35,495 nt of DNA from a virus (IMGVR_UViG_3300017544_000281:1-35495); one strand, 5' to 3'. Positions 15,948 to 25,530 are shown, counted from the stretch's first letter. The notes: generated by a model from the sequence alone, not told the origin. Translations and numbers: made by a program.

Positions 15948-16430
15948 ATGAAACCCGGCACCAAGCCGAAGCCCACCCATCTCAAGCTGATCGAAGGCAA
16001 CCGAGGCAAGCGCCCGATCAATCGCAAAGAGGCCAAGACCATCCCGGCGCTGCCAGCCCCGCCGCCCCACCTGACCGCTGACGCACTCGAAGAGTGGAAC
16101 CGGGTCGCCTTCTGGCTGCACCGTATTGGCCTGCTGTCCGAGGTCGATCGCGCGGCGCTGGCCGCCTACGCCCAGGCCTATGGTCGCTGGGTCCAGGCCG
16201 AGCGCGCCATCGCGAAGATGGCCGAGAAGGACCAACTGACCGGCGGTCTGATGATCAAGACGTCCAACGGCAACGCTATCCAGAACCCGCTCGTCGGCAC
16301 CGCCAACAAGGCCGCTGCGGACATGATGCGTTACGCTGCAGAATTCGGGATGACGCCCAGTGCCAGAAGCAGGATCTCAGCCGAGGCGACGGCGGAAGGC
16401 GCTGACCCGGCCGACCGCTTCTTCAGCTGA
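15948..16430 (+). CDS. terS: Terminase small subunit, P27 family
   Basis: KPKPTHLKLIEGN.GKR, EEWNR, QNP, EFGMTPSARSRI. Confidence 0.92.
   Translation: MKPGTKPKPTHLKLIEGNRGKRPINRKEAKTIPALPAPPPHLTADALEEWNRVAFWLHRIGLLSEVDRAALAAYAQAYGRWVQAERAIAKMAEKDQLTGGLMIKTSNGNAIQNPLVGTANKAAADMMRYAAEFGMTPSARSRISAEATAEGADPADRFFS
16325..16430 (+). repeat. 106-bp direct repeat, copy 1 (terS 3' end)
   Basis: Matches 17036-17141 without gaps, about 9 mismatches by eye. Confidence 0.9.
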
Positions 16431-16454
16431 TTGGCGGTAGGAACAAAACGGTGG

Positions 16455-16949
16455 CTATTTAAGCTCGAGCTGCCTGATCTGGTTCACCAGGTTCGCCAGT
16501 TTGTTCGCGATTTCTCGCGATCTTTCTTCGTCCAATATGATCCGACGATCGATGAGAGGATGTACCAAGCCTGCATTGGCGTACTGGATCTGGATGGACC
16601 CATCCTCCAGGACAATTGCTTCGGTCGTGGCATGGGCAAGTTCGCTGCGGAGTTCCGAGTAGGCCTGAAACTGGTCCATTTTTTCGATGACGCGTTCCGG
16701 GTTCTTGAAGCGCTCCGGACTCTTGCGCGCAAACTCCCGGATTTCGTCCAACCTGTGACCAAGGAGAAGGAGCGCCGGACGGCTTTTGGCAGAAGCGGCT
16801 GGTGCAAGACTGGCAATGGTTTGCGCTGCCCACCGTTCGACTTGTGCGCAGCGTTCGATCAGTTTGCTTCGAAAGATATGGGCAGATTGCAGTGCCTTTT
16901 CACGGCTCGTCTGTTCAGGCGGCAGCAGATCGCGAGGCATGTCGTTCAT
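16455..16949 (-). CDS. Hypothetical helical protein with HEPN-like Rx4H motif
   Basis: 164 aa, R101-SELA-H106; antisense to the late operon; visibly lower GC than its neighbours. Confidence 0.65.
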   Translation of the reverse strand: MNDMPRDLLPPEQTSREKALQSAHIFRSKLIERCAQVERWAAQTIASLAPAASAKSRPALLLLGHRLDEIREFARKSPERFKNPERVIEKMDQFQAYSELRSELAHATTEAIVLEDGSIQIQYANAGLVHPLIDRRIILDEERSREIANKLANLVNQIRQLELK

Positions 16950-17035
16950 GCCAACAGTCTAGCGACTATTTGTTAATCATCAGTGGAGCGCAACCGTCAG
17001 CGACATCGCCCTTTAACGGTGTGTCATGGTGCCAA

Positions 17036-17141
17036 GATGCGTTGTGCCGCAGAATTCGGGATGACGCTCAGTGCCGGAAGCAGGATCTCAGCCGAGGCGA
17101 CGTCGGAAGGCGTCGACCCCGCCGACCGCTTCTTCAGCTGA
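17036..17141 (+). repeat. 106-bp direct repeat, copy 2 (carries the terL start)
   Basis: Duplicate of the terS 3' end; contains GTG 17071 in frame with terL. Confidence 0.9.
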
Positions 17142-18924
17142 CCGGACGACCGACTACGCCAGCGCGGTGGTTGCGGGCGAGATCATTGCCGGGCCGCACG
17201 TGCGCAATGCCTGTCGCCGTCACCTCGACGACCTGAAGCGCACCGACGGGATCCGGTTTGATCTCGAGGCTGCAAACCACGCTTTCGGGTTCTTCGAGGA
17301 GGTGCTGAAGCTTTCCGAAGGCCAGTTCGAGGGTCAGCCGTTCCGGCTGGAGCCGAGCCAGGCCTTCATCATCGGCAGCCTGTTCGGCTGGAAACGTGCC
17401 GATGGCCGCCGACGCTTCCGCCGGGCCTACATCGAACAGGGCAAGGGTAACGGCAAATCGCCGGTCGCGGGCGGTATCGGCCTGTTCGGCATGACGGCGG
17501 CCGGTGAAGCCGGCGCCCAGATCTATGCGGCGGCGGCCAAGCGCGAACAGGCCGGCATTCTTTTTGCCGACGCGGTGAAGATGGTCCGCCAGTCGCCGGC
17601 ATTGGCAAGAAGGCTGGAGTTCTCGGGCGGTCCCGGCCGTGAATTCAACATCGCGCACCACACTTCGGGGTCGTTCTTCCGTCCGGTGTCGCGCGACACG
17701 GGCAAGACCGGCTCCGGACCGCGGCCCTATTTCGTACTGGCCGACGAGATCCACGAGCTGCCCGACCGCTCGATCATCGAGATGCTGGAGCGCGGCTTTA
17801 AGTTCCGCCGCGAACCGCTGCTCTTCATGATCACCAACTCGGGTTCCGACCGCAATTCGGTGGCCTGGGAAGAGCATGAGCACGCGGTGAAGGTCGCGGC
17901 CGGCAACATCGATGCGCTGACCGACCCGACCTATCTGGGTGAAGTGCTGGACGACACGACGTTCAGCTATGTCTGCGCGCTCGACGAGGGTGACGATCCG
18001 CTCAATGATCCGGCCTGCTGGATCAAGGCCAACCCGCTGCTCGGCGTCACCATTACGGAGGAATATCTCGCCGAAGTGGTGGCGCAGGCGCGGGCCATTC
18101 CGGGGCAATTGAACGGCATCCTGCGGCTGCATTTCTGCGTCTGGACCGATGCCGAGACCGCCTGGATGACCCGGGCGACCCTTGAACCGTTGCTGGCGGA
18201 CTTTGAGCCGAAGGTGGGAACCAAGGTCTGGCTCGGGCTCGATCTCAGCCAGAACCGCGACATCACCGCGCTCGCGGCCGTGCAGCGGACCGGGGAGAAG
18301 GACGGCAAGCCCTGCTTCGATGCGTGGATCGAGGCCTGGACGCCCGGCGACACGCTTGCCGCGCGCACGCTGCGCGACAAGCAGCCCTACGACGTCTGGG
18401 TGGCCCAAGGTTTCCTGCAGGCGCCGCAGGGCGAGAACATCAATTTCCGGCACGTTGCCCAGGCATTGGCCGAATACGATCGCGATTACGACGTCCAGAT
18501 GGTCGCCTACGACCGCTACGCCTTCCGGCGGCTGGAAGAAGACATTGCCGAACTCGGCCTTGCCATGGAGTTCGTCGAGCACCCGCAGGGCGGGACCAAG
18601 CGCGGCAAGCCAACCGATGCCATGAAACTGGCTGCAAAAAGCCAGGACCGCGAGCCCCAGGGCCTGTGGATGCCGGGCTCGGTCCGCCAGCTTGAAGAGA
18701 TGATGCTCGAGGGCCGGATCCGGCTCAAACGCAACCCGGTGCTGGTCTCGGCGATCATGTCTGCGGTGATCGAGACCGACCGCTGGGACAATTACTGGCT
18801 CTCCAAGCAGAGGGCCCTGAACAAGATCGACGCAGCCGTCGCGCTGTGCATGGCAGTGGGGGCGGCGATGTCCAGTGACACCGGCGGCACGATCGACGAC
18901 TGGCTGAAGAGCCTCGCCGCGTGA
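17071..18924 (+). CDS. terL: Terminase large subunit
   Basis: GKGNGKS Walker A, LADEIHE Walker B, KANP, GLDLS, YDRY, KIDAAVA. Confidence 0.95.
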   Translation: MPEAGSQPRRRRKASTPPTASSADRTTDYASAVVAGEIIAGPHVRNACRRHLDDLKRTDGIRFDLEAANHAFGFFEEVLKLSEGQFEGQPFRLEPSQAFIIGSLFGWKRADGRRRFRRAYIEQGKGNGKSPVAGGIGLFGMTAAGEAGAQIYAAAAKREQAGILFADAVKMVRQSPALARRLEFSGGPGREFNIAHHTSGSFFRPVSRDTGKTGSGPRPYFVLADEIHELPDRSIIEMLERGFKFRREPLLFMITNSGSDRNSVAWEEHEHAVKVAAGNIDALTDPTYLGEVLDDTTFSYVCALDEGDDPLNDPACWIKANPLLGVTITEEYLAEVVAQARAIPGQLNGILRLHFCVWTDAETAWMTRATLEPLLADFEPKVGTKVWLGLDLSQNRDITALAAVQRTGEKDGKPCFDAWIEAWTPGDTLAARTLRDKQPYDVWVAQGFLQAPQGENINFRHVAQALAEYDRDYDVQMVAYDRYAFRRLEEDIAELGLAMEFVEHPQGGTKRGKPTDAMKLAAKSQDREPQGLWMPGSVRQLEEMMLEGRIRLKRNPVLVSAIMSAVIETDRWDNYWLSKQRALNKIDAAVALCMAVGAAMSSDTGGTIDDWLKSLAA

Positions 18925-20162
18925 ACCTGCTGCAAAAGGCGGTCAGCTACCTGGCCCGCTCCATCGGCCTCACCGACCCGTTCCTCTACCGGGAAATGGG
19001 CGCGCGTCCGAGTGCCAGCGGCGAGATCGTCAGCACCACCTCGGTCCTCGGGCTCGCCGCAGCCTGGGCCTGCGTCAACCTGCTGGCGGGCACGATCGCC
19101 TCGCTGCCGCTCATGGTCTACCGGACCCGGGGCGGCGCGCGGACGGTGGCGGATGACCATCCGCTCTACCGGATCCTGCACGACAGCCCCAACGCCGACC
19201 AGACCGCGCTCGATTTCTGGGAGTTCATCTGTGCCAGCGTCGAGCTGCACGGCAATGCCTATGCCGAGGTGATCCGGGCCGGGAACGGCCGGGTGATTGC
19301 GCTGGGCGTGCCGATCAACCCGGAGCTGATGGCCGTGCGCCGCCGGGATGACGGGGCACTGGAATACGAGTGGGTCGACCAGGGTATTCGTCACATCGTC
19401 GGCCAGGACCGGGTCCTGCACATTCGGGGTTTCGGCGGGAACCCGCTAGGTGGCCTCTCGACGCTCAGCGCCGGACGACAGAGCTTCGGGCTGGCCCAGG
19501 CGATCGAGCGGGCTTCTGGCGACACCTTCCGCAACGGGGTGCGGCCTTCGGGCCTACTGAAGACGGCCGATACGCTGACGATCGATCAGCGCCGGCTGGC
19601 CGAGGAGCTGCTGCAGGAAAAGTTTGCCGGCGCGATCAACGCCGGGCGGCCAATGCTGCTCGATCGCGGCATGGACTGGGTCCAGCTCTCGATCAGCCCG
19701 GAAGATGCCCAGATGCTGCAGAGCCGGGCCTTCTCGGTCGAGGAAGTCTGCCGGTTCTTCGGCGTGCCGCCATTCATGGTCGGCCACACCGAGAAAACCA
19801 CCAGCTGGGGCACCGGCCTCGAGCAGCAGACACTGGGGTTCCAGAAGTTCACGCTGCGCCGTCGGCTCAAGCGGATCGAACAGGCGCTGGAAAAGCAGCT
19901 GCTGTCGGTTGCTGACCGGCTCGCCGGGATCACCATCGAGTTCAACCTGGAAGGCCTGCTGCGCGGGGACAGTGCTGCGCGGGCCTCCTTCTACCAGCAG
20001 ATGCTCACCAACGGCGTCATGACCATCAACGAGGTGCGCAGCCTCGAGAACCTGCCGCCGGTCGAAGGCGGCGATGTGCCCCGCATGCAGATGCAGAACG
20101 TGCCGATCACGCAGGCCGGCCTGCAGGCACCCGATGCCCCGACTTCCGGAGTCCCCCAGTGA
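18921..20162 (+). CDS. HK97-family portal protein
   Basis: WACVNLLA.TIASLP, HGNAY, VLHIR, FFGVPP, MTINEVR..ENLPP. Confidence 0.95.
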   Translation: MNLLQKAVSYLARSIGLTDPFLYREMGARPSASGEIVSTTSVLGLAAAWACVNLLAGTIASLPLMVYRTRGGARTVADDHPLYRILHDSPNADQTALDFWEFICASVELHGNAYAEVIRAGNGRVIALGVPINPELMAVRRRDDGALEYEWVDQGIRHIVGQDRVLHIRGFGGNPLGGLSTLSAGRQSFGLAQAIERASGDTFRNGVRPSGLLKTADTLTIDQRRLAEELLQEKFAGAINAGRPMLLDRGMDWVQLSISPEDAQMLQSRAFSVEEVCRFFGVPPFMVGHTEKTTSWGTGLEQQTLGFQKFTLRRRLKRIEQALEKQLLSVADRLAGITIEFNLEGLLRGDSAARASFYQQMLTNGVMTINEVRSLENLPPVEGGDVPRMQMQNVPITQAGLQAPDAPTSGVPQ

Positions 20163-20785
20163 ACGAACTCGACTTCACCCTCGATGCCAAGGCGCTCGAT
20201 GACGACGGCCACATCGAGGGCCTCGCTGCCGGCTATGGTAATCTCGACCATGGCGGCGACGTGATCCTGCCCGGCGCGATTTCCCGGTCGATTGCGGGGC
20301 GCAAGTCGGTGCCGATGCTGATGTACCACGACCAGAAGCGGCCGGCCGGCGTCTGGACCGACTTCCAGGAGACGGCCGACGGCCTGCTCGTGAAGGGCAG
20401 GTTCTCGATGTCGACCGCGACCGGGCGCGAGGCCCATGGCCTGGTCAAGGACGGGGCGATCGGCGGCCTGTCGATCGGCTATCGCACGATCCGGGACCGC
20501 GTGGTCGGCAAGGCCCGCCACCTGGTCGAAGTCGCGCTCCACGAGGTCAGTCTCGTCACCATTCCGATGAACGAAAAGGCGCTGATCACCAGCGTCAAAT
20601 CGCTCATCGCGGCCGGCCAGCTGCCGAGCCTTTCCCAGTTTGAGGATTTCCTGCGCGAGGCAGGGTTCTCGAAAAGCCAGGCCACCGCGATCGCGGGCAA
20701 GGGTCTGGCCCCGCTGCTCCGGGGTGAGCCCGGCAGTGATCCCGCTGATTTCATCGCAGCGCTCGCCGCGCAGGTTCGCGGCTGA
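20159..20785 (+). CDS. HK97-family prohead protease
   Basis: GDVI.PGA, MLMYHD, GLSIGY, LHEVSLVTIPMN. Confidence 0.93.
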   Translation: MNELDFTLDAKALDDDGHIEGLAAGYGNLDHGGDVILPGAISRSIAGRKSVPMLMYHDQKRPAGVWTDFQETADGLLVKGRFSMSTATGREAHGLVKDGAIGGLSIGYRTIRDRVVGKARHLVEVALHEVSLVTIPMNEKALITSVKSLIAAGQLPSLSQFEDFLREAGFSKSQATAIAGKGLAPLLRGEPGSDPADFIAALAAQVRG

Positions 20786-20811
20786 ACACCCTTTCCATCA
20801 CGGAGCATCCC

Positions 20812-22041
20812 ATGACTGAACCCAAGACCGCCGAGCAGCTTGCCGGCGAAGTGAAAGCCGCGTTCGACGCCAAGGTCGATCAGGTCAAAGCCATTGCCGA
20901 CGAAGCCCTGGGCAAGGCCGCCAAGGGCGAGGATTTGTCCGCTGCGACCAAGCAGCTGGCCGATGAAGCCCTGGTTGGCATGAACGAGGCCAAGGCTCGG
21001 CTCGACGAGCTTGAGCAGAAGCTGGCCCGCAAGGGACCGGAAGACCAGGCCCGCCACCAGTCGGTCGGCGAACAGGTCATGGCGTCGGAAGAGATCAAGT
21101 CCTTCCTCGAATCCAAAGTCTCGCGCGGCCGCGCCAGTGTCGAGGTGAAGGCGATCATCTCCTCGCTCACCACCGATGCGGCGGGCTCGGCTGGTGATCT
21201 CATCGTGCCTGACCGGCTCCCCGGCATCATCGTGCCCGGACAGCGCCGCCTGACGGTCCGCGACCTGCTGACCCCGGGCCGCACTGCGAGCACCTCGGTC
21301 CAGTACGTCAAGGAAACCGGCTTCACCAATGCCGCGGCGACAGTTGCGGAAACGACCGGTGCGCTGAAGCCGCAGTCGGACATCAAGTTCGACATCGCGA
21401 CGACCAGCGTCACCACCATCGCGCACTGGGTGCTGGCAACCCGCCAGATTCTCGACGACGTGCCGATGCTCCAGTCTTATATCGACGGCCGCCTGCGCTA
21501 TGGCCTCGCGCTCGTCGAGGAGAACCAGCTGCTGAACGGTGGCGGCACCGGCACGGACCTCCACGGCATCTACACCCAGGCCAGCGCCTTTGCCGCGCCG
21601 ATTACCATCCCGGCCACGGTCACAAAGATCGACGTGCTACGCCTTGCCATGCTGCAGGCTGCGCTCGCCGAGCTTCCGACCACGGGCGCGGTGATGCACC
21701 CGACCGACTGGGCCAGCATCGAACTCCTGAAGGAAACGAGCGGCGCCTATCTGATCGGCAACCCGCAGGGCACGCTGTCGCCGACGCTCTGGGGCATCCC
21801 CATCGTCACCACCCAGGCGATCGCGCAGGACAAGTTCCTGACCGGCGCCTTCCGGCTCGGCGCGCAGATCTTCGACCGCTGGGATGCCCGGGTCGAGATC
21901 TCGACCGAGGACGACCAGAACTTCCGCAAGAACCTGGTCACCATCCTGGCCGAAGAGCGTCTCGGCCTTGCCGTCTACCGTCCGGAGGCCTTCATCAAGG
22001 GCGACTTCTCCGATGCGGTGACTGCGGCAACCGCGGTCTGA
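20812..22041 (+). CDS. HK97-family major capsid protein
   Basis: Coiled-coil delta domain, TIAHW, QLLNG.G, LWGIP, F.KNLVTILAEERL. Confidence 0.95.
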   Translation: MTEPKTAEQLAGEVKAAFDAKVDQVKAIADEALGKAAKGEDLSAATKQLADEALVGMNEAKARLDELEQKLARKGPEDQARHQSVGEQVMASEEIKSFLESKVSRGRASVEVKAIISSLTTDAAGSAGDLIVPDRLPGIIVPGQRRLTVRDLLTPGRTASTSVQYVKETGFTNAAATVAETTGALKPQSDIKFDIATTSVTTIAHWVLATRQILDDVPMLQSYIDGRLRYGLALVEENQLLNGGGTGTDLHGIYTQASAFAAPITIPATVTKIDVLRLAMLQAALAELPTTGAVMHPTDWASIELLKETSGAYLIGNPQGTLSPTLWGIPIVTTQAIAQDKFLTGAFRLGAQIFDRWDARVEISTEDDQNFRKNLVTILAEERLGLAVYRPEAFIKGDFSDAVTAATAV

Positions 22042-22048
22042 TCCTGAT

Positions 22049-22076
22049 CCGGGGCCGGCCAACCGGTCGGCCCCGG
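22049..22076 (+). terminator. Stem-loop after the capsid gene
   Basis: CCGGGGCCGGCC-aacc-GGTCGGCCCCGG; no U tract. Confidence 0.45.
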
Positions 22077-22098
22077 CACCCTCACGGAGAACTCCCCC

Positions 22099-22278
22099 AT
22101 GCTGATGAAAGCCCTTGATACGCTGCATGTCAGCGCGGTCGGCCCGGACAATATCCTTGCCGGCCAGACCTTCGAGATCGCGGACGCCGATGGCGAAATC
22201 CTGCGCCAGCGCGGCTTGGCCGAGCCGATCGACGAACAGCCTGACGCGCCAAAGCCCGCCCGGACCCGCACGAAATGA
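22099..22278 (+). CDS. 59-aa protein after the capsid gene (absent from the ORF track)
   Basis: GGAG SD; MLMKALDTLHVSAVGPDNILAGQTFEIADADGEILRQRGLAEP...; ATGA overlap with the next gene. Confidence 0.7.
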   Translation: MLMKALDTLHVSAVGPDNILAGQTFEIADADGEILRQRGLAEPIDEQPDAPKPARTRTK

Positions 22279-22811
22279 TCACGGTCGTCACCGCCCCGAC
22301 CACGCGCGCGGTGACGCTGGAAGAAGCGCGCCAGCAGCTGCGCCTTGATGCCCATGACGAGGACATGCTGCTGGCCGTCCACCTCGATGCGGCGCAGGCC
22401 GAGCTCGAGCGGCTCGCCGATCTGCGGCTCTGCCCTCAGACACTGGCCTTGGTGCTGGAGGCCTGGCCCGATGAAATCACCGTCCCAGTCCGGCCGGTGA
22501 CCATTGCGTCGATCACCTACACCGCCACCGGCGGTGCGACCGTCACTATGCCCGAGGCTGACTATGCTGCCCGGGCACGCCATGGATTTGTGCGGATCCG
22601 GCCAGCTGCCGGCACATCATGGCCCACGCTGGCTCCCGATGGCCTGGTCACCGTTACCCTGTCGGCGGGTTTTGGCGAGGATCATCCTGATCTGGCCATC
22701 GCCCGGGCCGCGATCCTCGTGAAAACCGCCTCCCTGTTCGAAAACCGCGAAGGCTCGGCCTGCTTGGCCTTCGATACTCTCGTCAATCAGCTGGCCGCGC
22801 GATGGGTCTAG
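22275..22811 (+). CDS. Head-tail connector (gp6-like)
   Basis: VTLEEARQQLRLD, AAIL....LFENRE; position. Confidence 0.85.
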   Translation: MITVVTAPTTRAVTLEEARQQLRLDAHDEDMLLAVHLDAAQAELERLADLRLCPQTLALVLEAWPDEITVPVRPVTIASITYTATGGATVTMPEADYAARARHGFVRIRPAAGTSWPTLAPDGLVTVTLSAGFGEDHPDLAIARAAILVKTASLFENREGSACLAFDTLVNQLAARWV

Positions 22812-23149
22812 CCTCCAGGCTCGACACCCGGATCCGGATCGAGCGGAAGATCGTCACCCCTGATTCCCTCTATGGGACGGAAACCGTCGCGTGGGAGGAA
22901 TTCGCCACGGTCTGGGCCGAGGTCCAGGATGTACTACCTAGCAGGGCGGAGCGTCTGGCCGACAGCATCGAGATCGCCAAACGGCCAGCAAGGATCCGCA
23001 TGCGCCATCTGGCCGGGATTACCCCGGACATGCGGGTGATCATCGGGAACCGCATCCTGCAGATCGTGTCGGGTCCGGCCGAACTTGGCCGCCGCGAAGG
23101 CATCGAACTTATTGTCGAACAGCACAGCAGCGAAGGAGCCGCGCCATGA
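22802..23149 (+). CDS. Head closure / head-tail adaptor
   Basis: LDTRIRIE, W....TVWAEV, ITPDMRV. Confidence 0.85.
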   Translation: MGLASRLDTRIRIERKIVTPDSLYGTETVAWEEFATVWAEVQDVLPSRAERLADSIEIAKRPARIRMRHLAGITPDMRVIIGNRILQIVSGPAELGRREGIELIVEQHSSEGAAP

Positions 23150-23709
23150 CGATCCGGCTCAAGGGCGGTCCTGAACTGCTCCGCATGCTCGATGAACTGC
23201 CCAGGAACCTCGAGCGCAACGTCATCCGTGGCGGCCTTCGCGCCGGCGCCAAGGTCATCCAGCAGCAGGCCAAGGCCAATGTCCCGGTTCGCACCGGCCA
23301 GCTCAAGAAGGCGATCGGGATCGGCACCCGGACGGCAGGAAGCCGGCTCAGTTCCTACGTCAAGCTGCGCGGGTCCGGCTCCTATCTCGGGCTGTTCATC
23401 GAATATGGCGTCGCGCCGCACCTGATCAGCGTCGCAGACGAGGACCGCCCGGTGCGAGGCACCCGTCGCGGCCCGCGCAAGGTCAGCATCGGCACGATCA
23501 ACAAGATGGTGAAGCGCGGCAGCCTGAAGATCGGCGAGAACTTCGTCGGCCCCGTTGTCATGCATCCGGGCCATGCTGCGCGGCCATTCCTTCGCCCGGC
23601 GCTCGACCAGAAGGCCCAGGAGGCCGTCAACGCCATGGGCACCTACATCGCGCACCGCGTCCAGATCGGGAACCTCAAGGCCCCGACCCTCGAGGTCGAT
23701 GACGAATGA
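23146..23709 (+). CDS. HK97 gp10-like tail completion protein
   Basis: PVRTGQLKKAI, FIEYG, HPG..ARPFLRPALD. Confidence 0.85.
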   Translation: MTIRLKGGPELLRMLDELPRNLERNVIRGGLRAGAKVIQQQAKANVPVRTGQLKKAIGIGTRTAGSRLSSYVKLRGSGSYLGLFIEYGVAPHLISVADEDRPVRGTRRGPRKVSIGTINKMVKRGSLKIGENFVGPVVMHPGHAARPFLRPALDQKAQEAVNAMGTYIAHRVQIGNLKAPTLEVDDE

Positions 23710-24125
23710 ACGGGGTCATTGCGGTCCGCTCGCTCCTGGTGGCTGACACCGGGGTGATGGCGCTCGTGCCCGCAGTCCAGATCGTGGCAGGCACCCTGCC
23801 GCAGGGCACCACGATCCCGGCCGTTGCGCTGATGAGTGTCAGCAGCGTCGATCGCAATATTCCCGCTCCGGGCCCGAAACGCCGGGTGACCGAGCGGGTG
23901 CAGGTGACGGTGCTCGCCTCCAGCTATCCCGCAGCCAAGACCATCATCCGTGCGGTCCGGGCAGCCGCCGCCGACCGCATGCCCGCAATCGACGGGCTCA
24001 CCGAGGTCACCGTCCACACTGAATCCGCCGGGCCTGATTTCCTCGACGAGGAGACCGGCATCCACATGCAGACGCAGGATTTCCGCGTCTCATTCAACGA
24101 GGCACGGCTAGCCTCACCTTCATAA
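23706..24125 (+). CDS. Tail terminator (DUF3168-like)
   Basis: RVQVTV.A..Y, QDFRV; position before the tail tube gene. Confidence 0.75.
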   Translation: MNGVIAVRSLLVADTGVMALVPAVQIVAGTLPQGTTIPAVALMSVSSVDRNIPAPGPKRRVTERVQVTVLASSYPAAKTIIRAVRAAAADRMPAIDGLTEVTVHTESAGPDFLDEETGIHMQTQDFRVSFNEARLASPS

Positions 24126-24137
24126 GGACCCATTGCC

Positions 24138-24599
24138 ATGACCGTTCGGACTTCCGCCGGCACCACCCTGAAGGTGTCGGCCGCCATTCCTGCGACCTTC
24201 GATCCCACCGGCTACAATGCGCTGACCATGACGCTGGTCGGCGAAGTGTCGGACCTTGGCGAGTTCGGCCAGGAATATAACCTCGTTACCTTCAATCCGG
24301 TCGGCAGCCGCGGCGTCGTCAAGAAGAAGGGCAGCTTCAACCAGGGCACGATGACCATCCAGATGGGCCTCGATACCGACGATGCCGGCCAGATCCTGCT
24401 GAAATCCGCCTCGACCTCCGATAGCGACCACAGCTTCTGCGTCACCACCCAGAACGGCGACAAGTACTACTTCCAGGCGCAGGTCATGAGCTTCAAGGTT
24501 AATGTCGGCTCGGTCGATCAGATCACCACGGCCACCGTGACCCTCGAACTGACCACCAACTCTGCCGGTGTGGGCGTGGTTGAAGTTCTCGCGCCCTGA
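24138..24599 (+). CDS. Major tail (tube) protein
   Basis: GEVSDLGEFG, KKKGSFNQG, DAGQILL; AAGGA SD. Confidence 0.8.
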   Translation: MTVRTSAGTTLKVSAAIPATFDPTGYNALTMTLVGEVSDLGEFGQEYNLVTFNPVGSRGVVKKKGSFNQGTMTIQMGLDTDDAGQILLKSASTSDSDHSFCVTTQNGDKYYFQAQVMSFKVNVGSVDQITTATVTLELTTNSAGVGVVEVLAP

Positions 24600-24628
24600 T
24601 CCCTGACACTTTCCGACGGAGACCACCC

Positions 24629-25045
24629 ATGTTCGACATCACCAAGCTTGCCGCCACCGAGACCTCCACCGTGGAGCTGGTCGGTGGCGATGACGCGCCG
24701 CTGCATGACGCGGACGGCAACCGCCTCTCGATCACCGTCTATGGCCCGGGCACCCGGATCTACCAGCGTGCACAGGCCCGACAGCAGAACCTGCTGGTCG
24801 ACAAGATCAAGAAGCGCGGGCGTATGGACCAGAGCGCCGAGGAAAAGCTCGCCGAACAGGCCGAGTTCCTCGCTGCCTGCACCGTCAGCTTCAACCATTT
24901 CACCTATCCGCCGGCCGAGGGGCTGGAAGGCGCTGCCCTGTTCCGCAAGGCCTACGAGGATCCCTCGATCGGCTTCATCGCCGCCCAGGTCGCGGCCCAC
25001 ATCAATGACTGGGCAAATTTTACGACGAGCTCGGCCGCGAGCTGA
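24629..25045 (+). CDS. Tail assembly chaperone (G-like)
   Basis: Between tube and tape measure; slippery A AAT TTT near the 3' end. Confidence 0.8.
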   Translation: MFDITKLAATETSTVELVGGDDAPLHDADGNRLSITVYGPGTRIYQRAQARQQNLLVDKIKKRGRMDQSAEEKLAEQAEFLAACTVSFNHFTYPPAEGLEGAALFRKAYEDPSIGFIAAQVAAHINDWANFTTSSAAS

Positions 25046-25530
25046 GCCTTTACGTCCGGCAACTGGCCTGGCTCGGCACCGCGCCGAAGCCTAGCCAGTC
25101 GTCTGCCGGCAGGGCCACCGGCGAACCTGATCCACAGACCCGCCTGCAGCGCATGACAGCGGACGGCATCGCTCCCGACATGCCGCCGATCCGGGCTCCA
25201 TGGATCATCGACACCCTGATGGACATCGGCGCATCCGAACCCGGCGCCATGGGGCCGGTGCCGCTGTCATGGGGCACTATCGCCCACTGGCAGACCTGCA
25301 TGTGCGTGGACCTTGCGCCCTGGCTCTGCCGGCTGCTCCGCCGCCTGTCGGTCGAGTTCGTCTCCGAAAGCCAGAGTGCCAGGGAGCCCGATTGCCCGGC
25401 ACCCTGGATCGCGATCGCTGACGGCCTGAACCGCGCCACTGTCTCCCGCAAGGTCACTCAGGCCTTCCGTTCCCTGATCCGTCCGAAGGAGGATGCCTCA
25501 TGCAAGCCGGCACCCTCGAGATCGAGATGA
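25015..25530 (+). CDS. Tail chaperone extension (T-like), reached by -1 frameshift at 25015-25021
   Basis: The -1 frame is open from the heptamer (YDELGRELSLYVRQLAWL...) into ORF 25153-25530. Confidence 0.75.
   Translation, partial: KFYDELGRELSLYVRQLAWLGTAPKPSQSSAGRATGEPDPQTRLQRMTADGIAPDMPPIRAPWIIDTLMDIGASEPGAMGPVPLSWGTIAHWQTCMCVDLAPWLCRLLRRLSVEFVSESQSAREPDCPAPWIAIADGLNRATVSRKVTQAFRSLIRPKEDASCKPAPSRSR

Noticed and set aside
16431-16976. 181-aa plus-strand ORF between terS and terL
   Set aside because: TTG start, no SD or motif; the minus-strand ORF has more protein-like composition and the Rx4H motif.
16325-17141. Terminase duplication as a DGR repeat, intron or IS target duplication
   Set aside because: Mismatches are not adenine-specific, no transposase or intron features, and 106 bp is far longer than a target-site duplication.
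17134-18582. 482-aa minus-strand ORF (and similar ones opposite capsid, tape measure and tail genes)
   Set aside because: Shadows of well-supported plus-strand structural genes.
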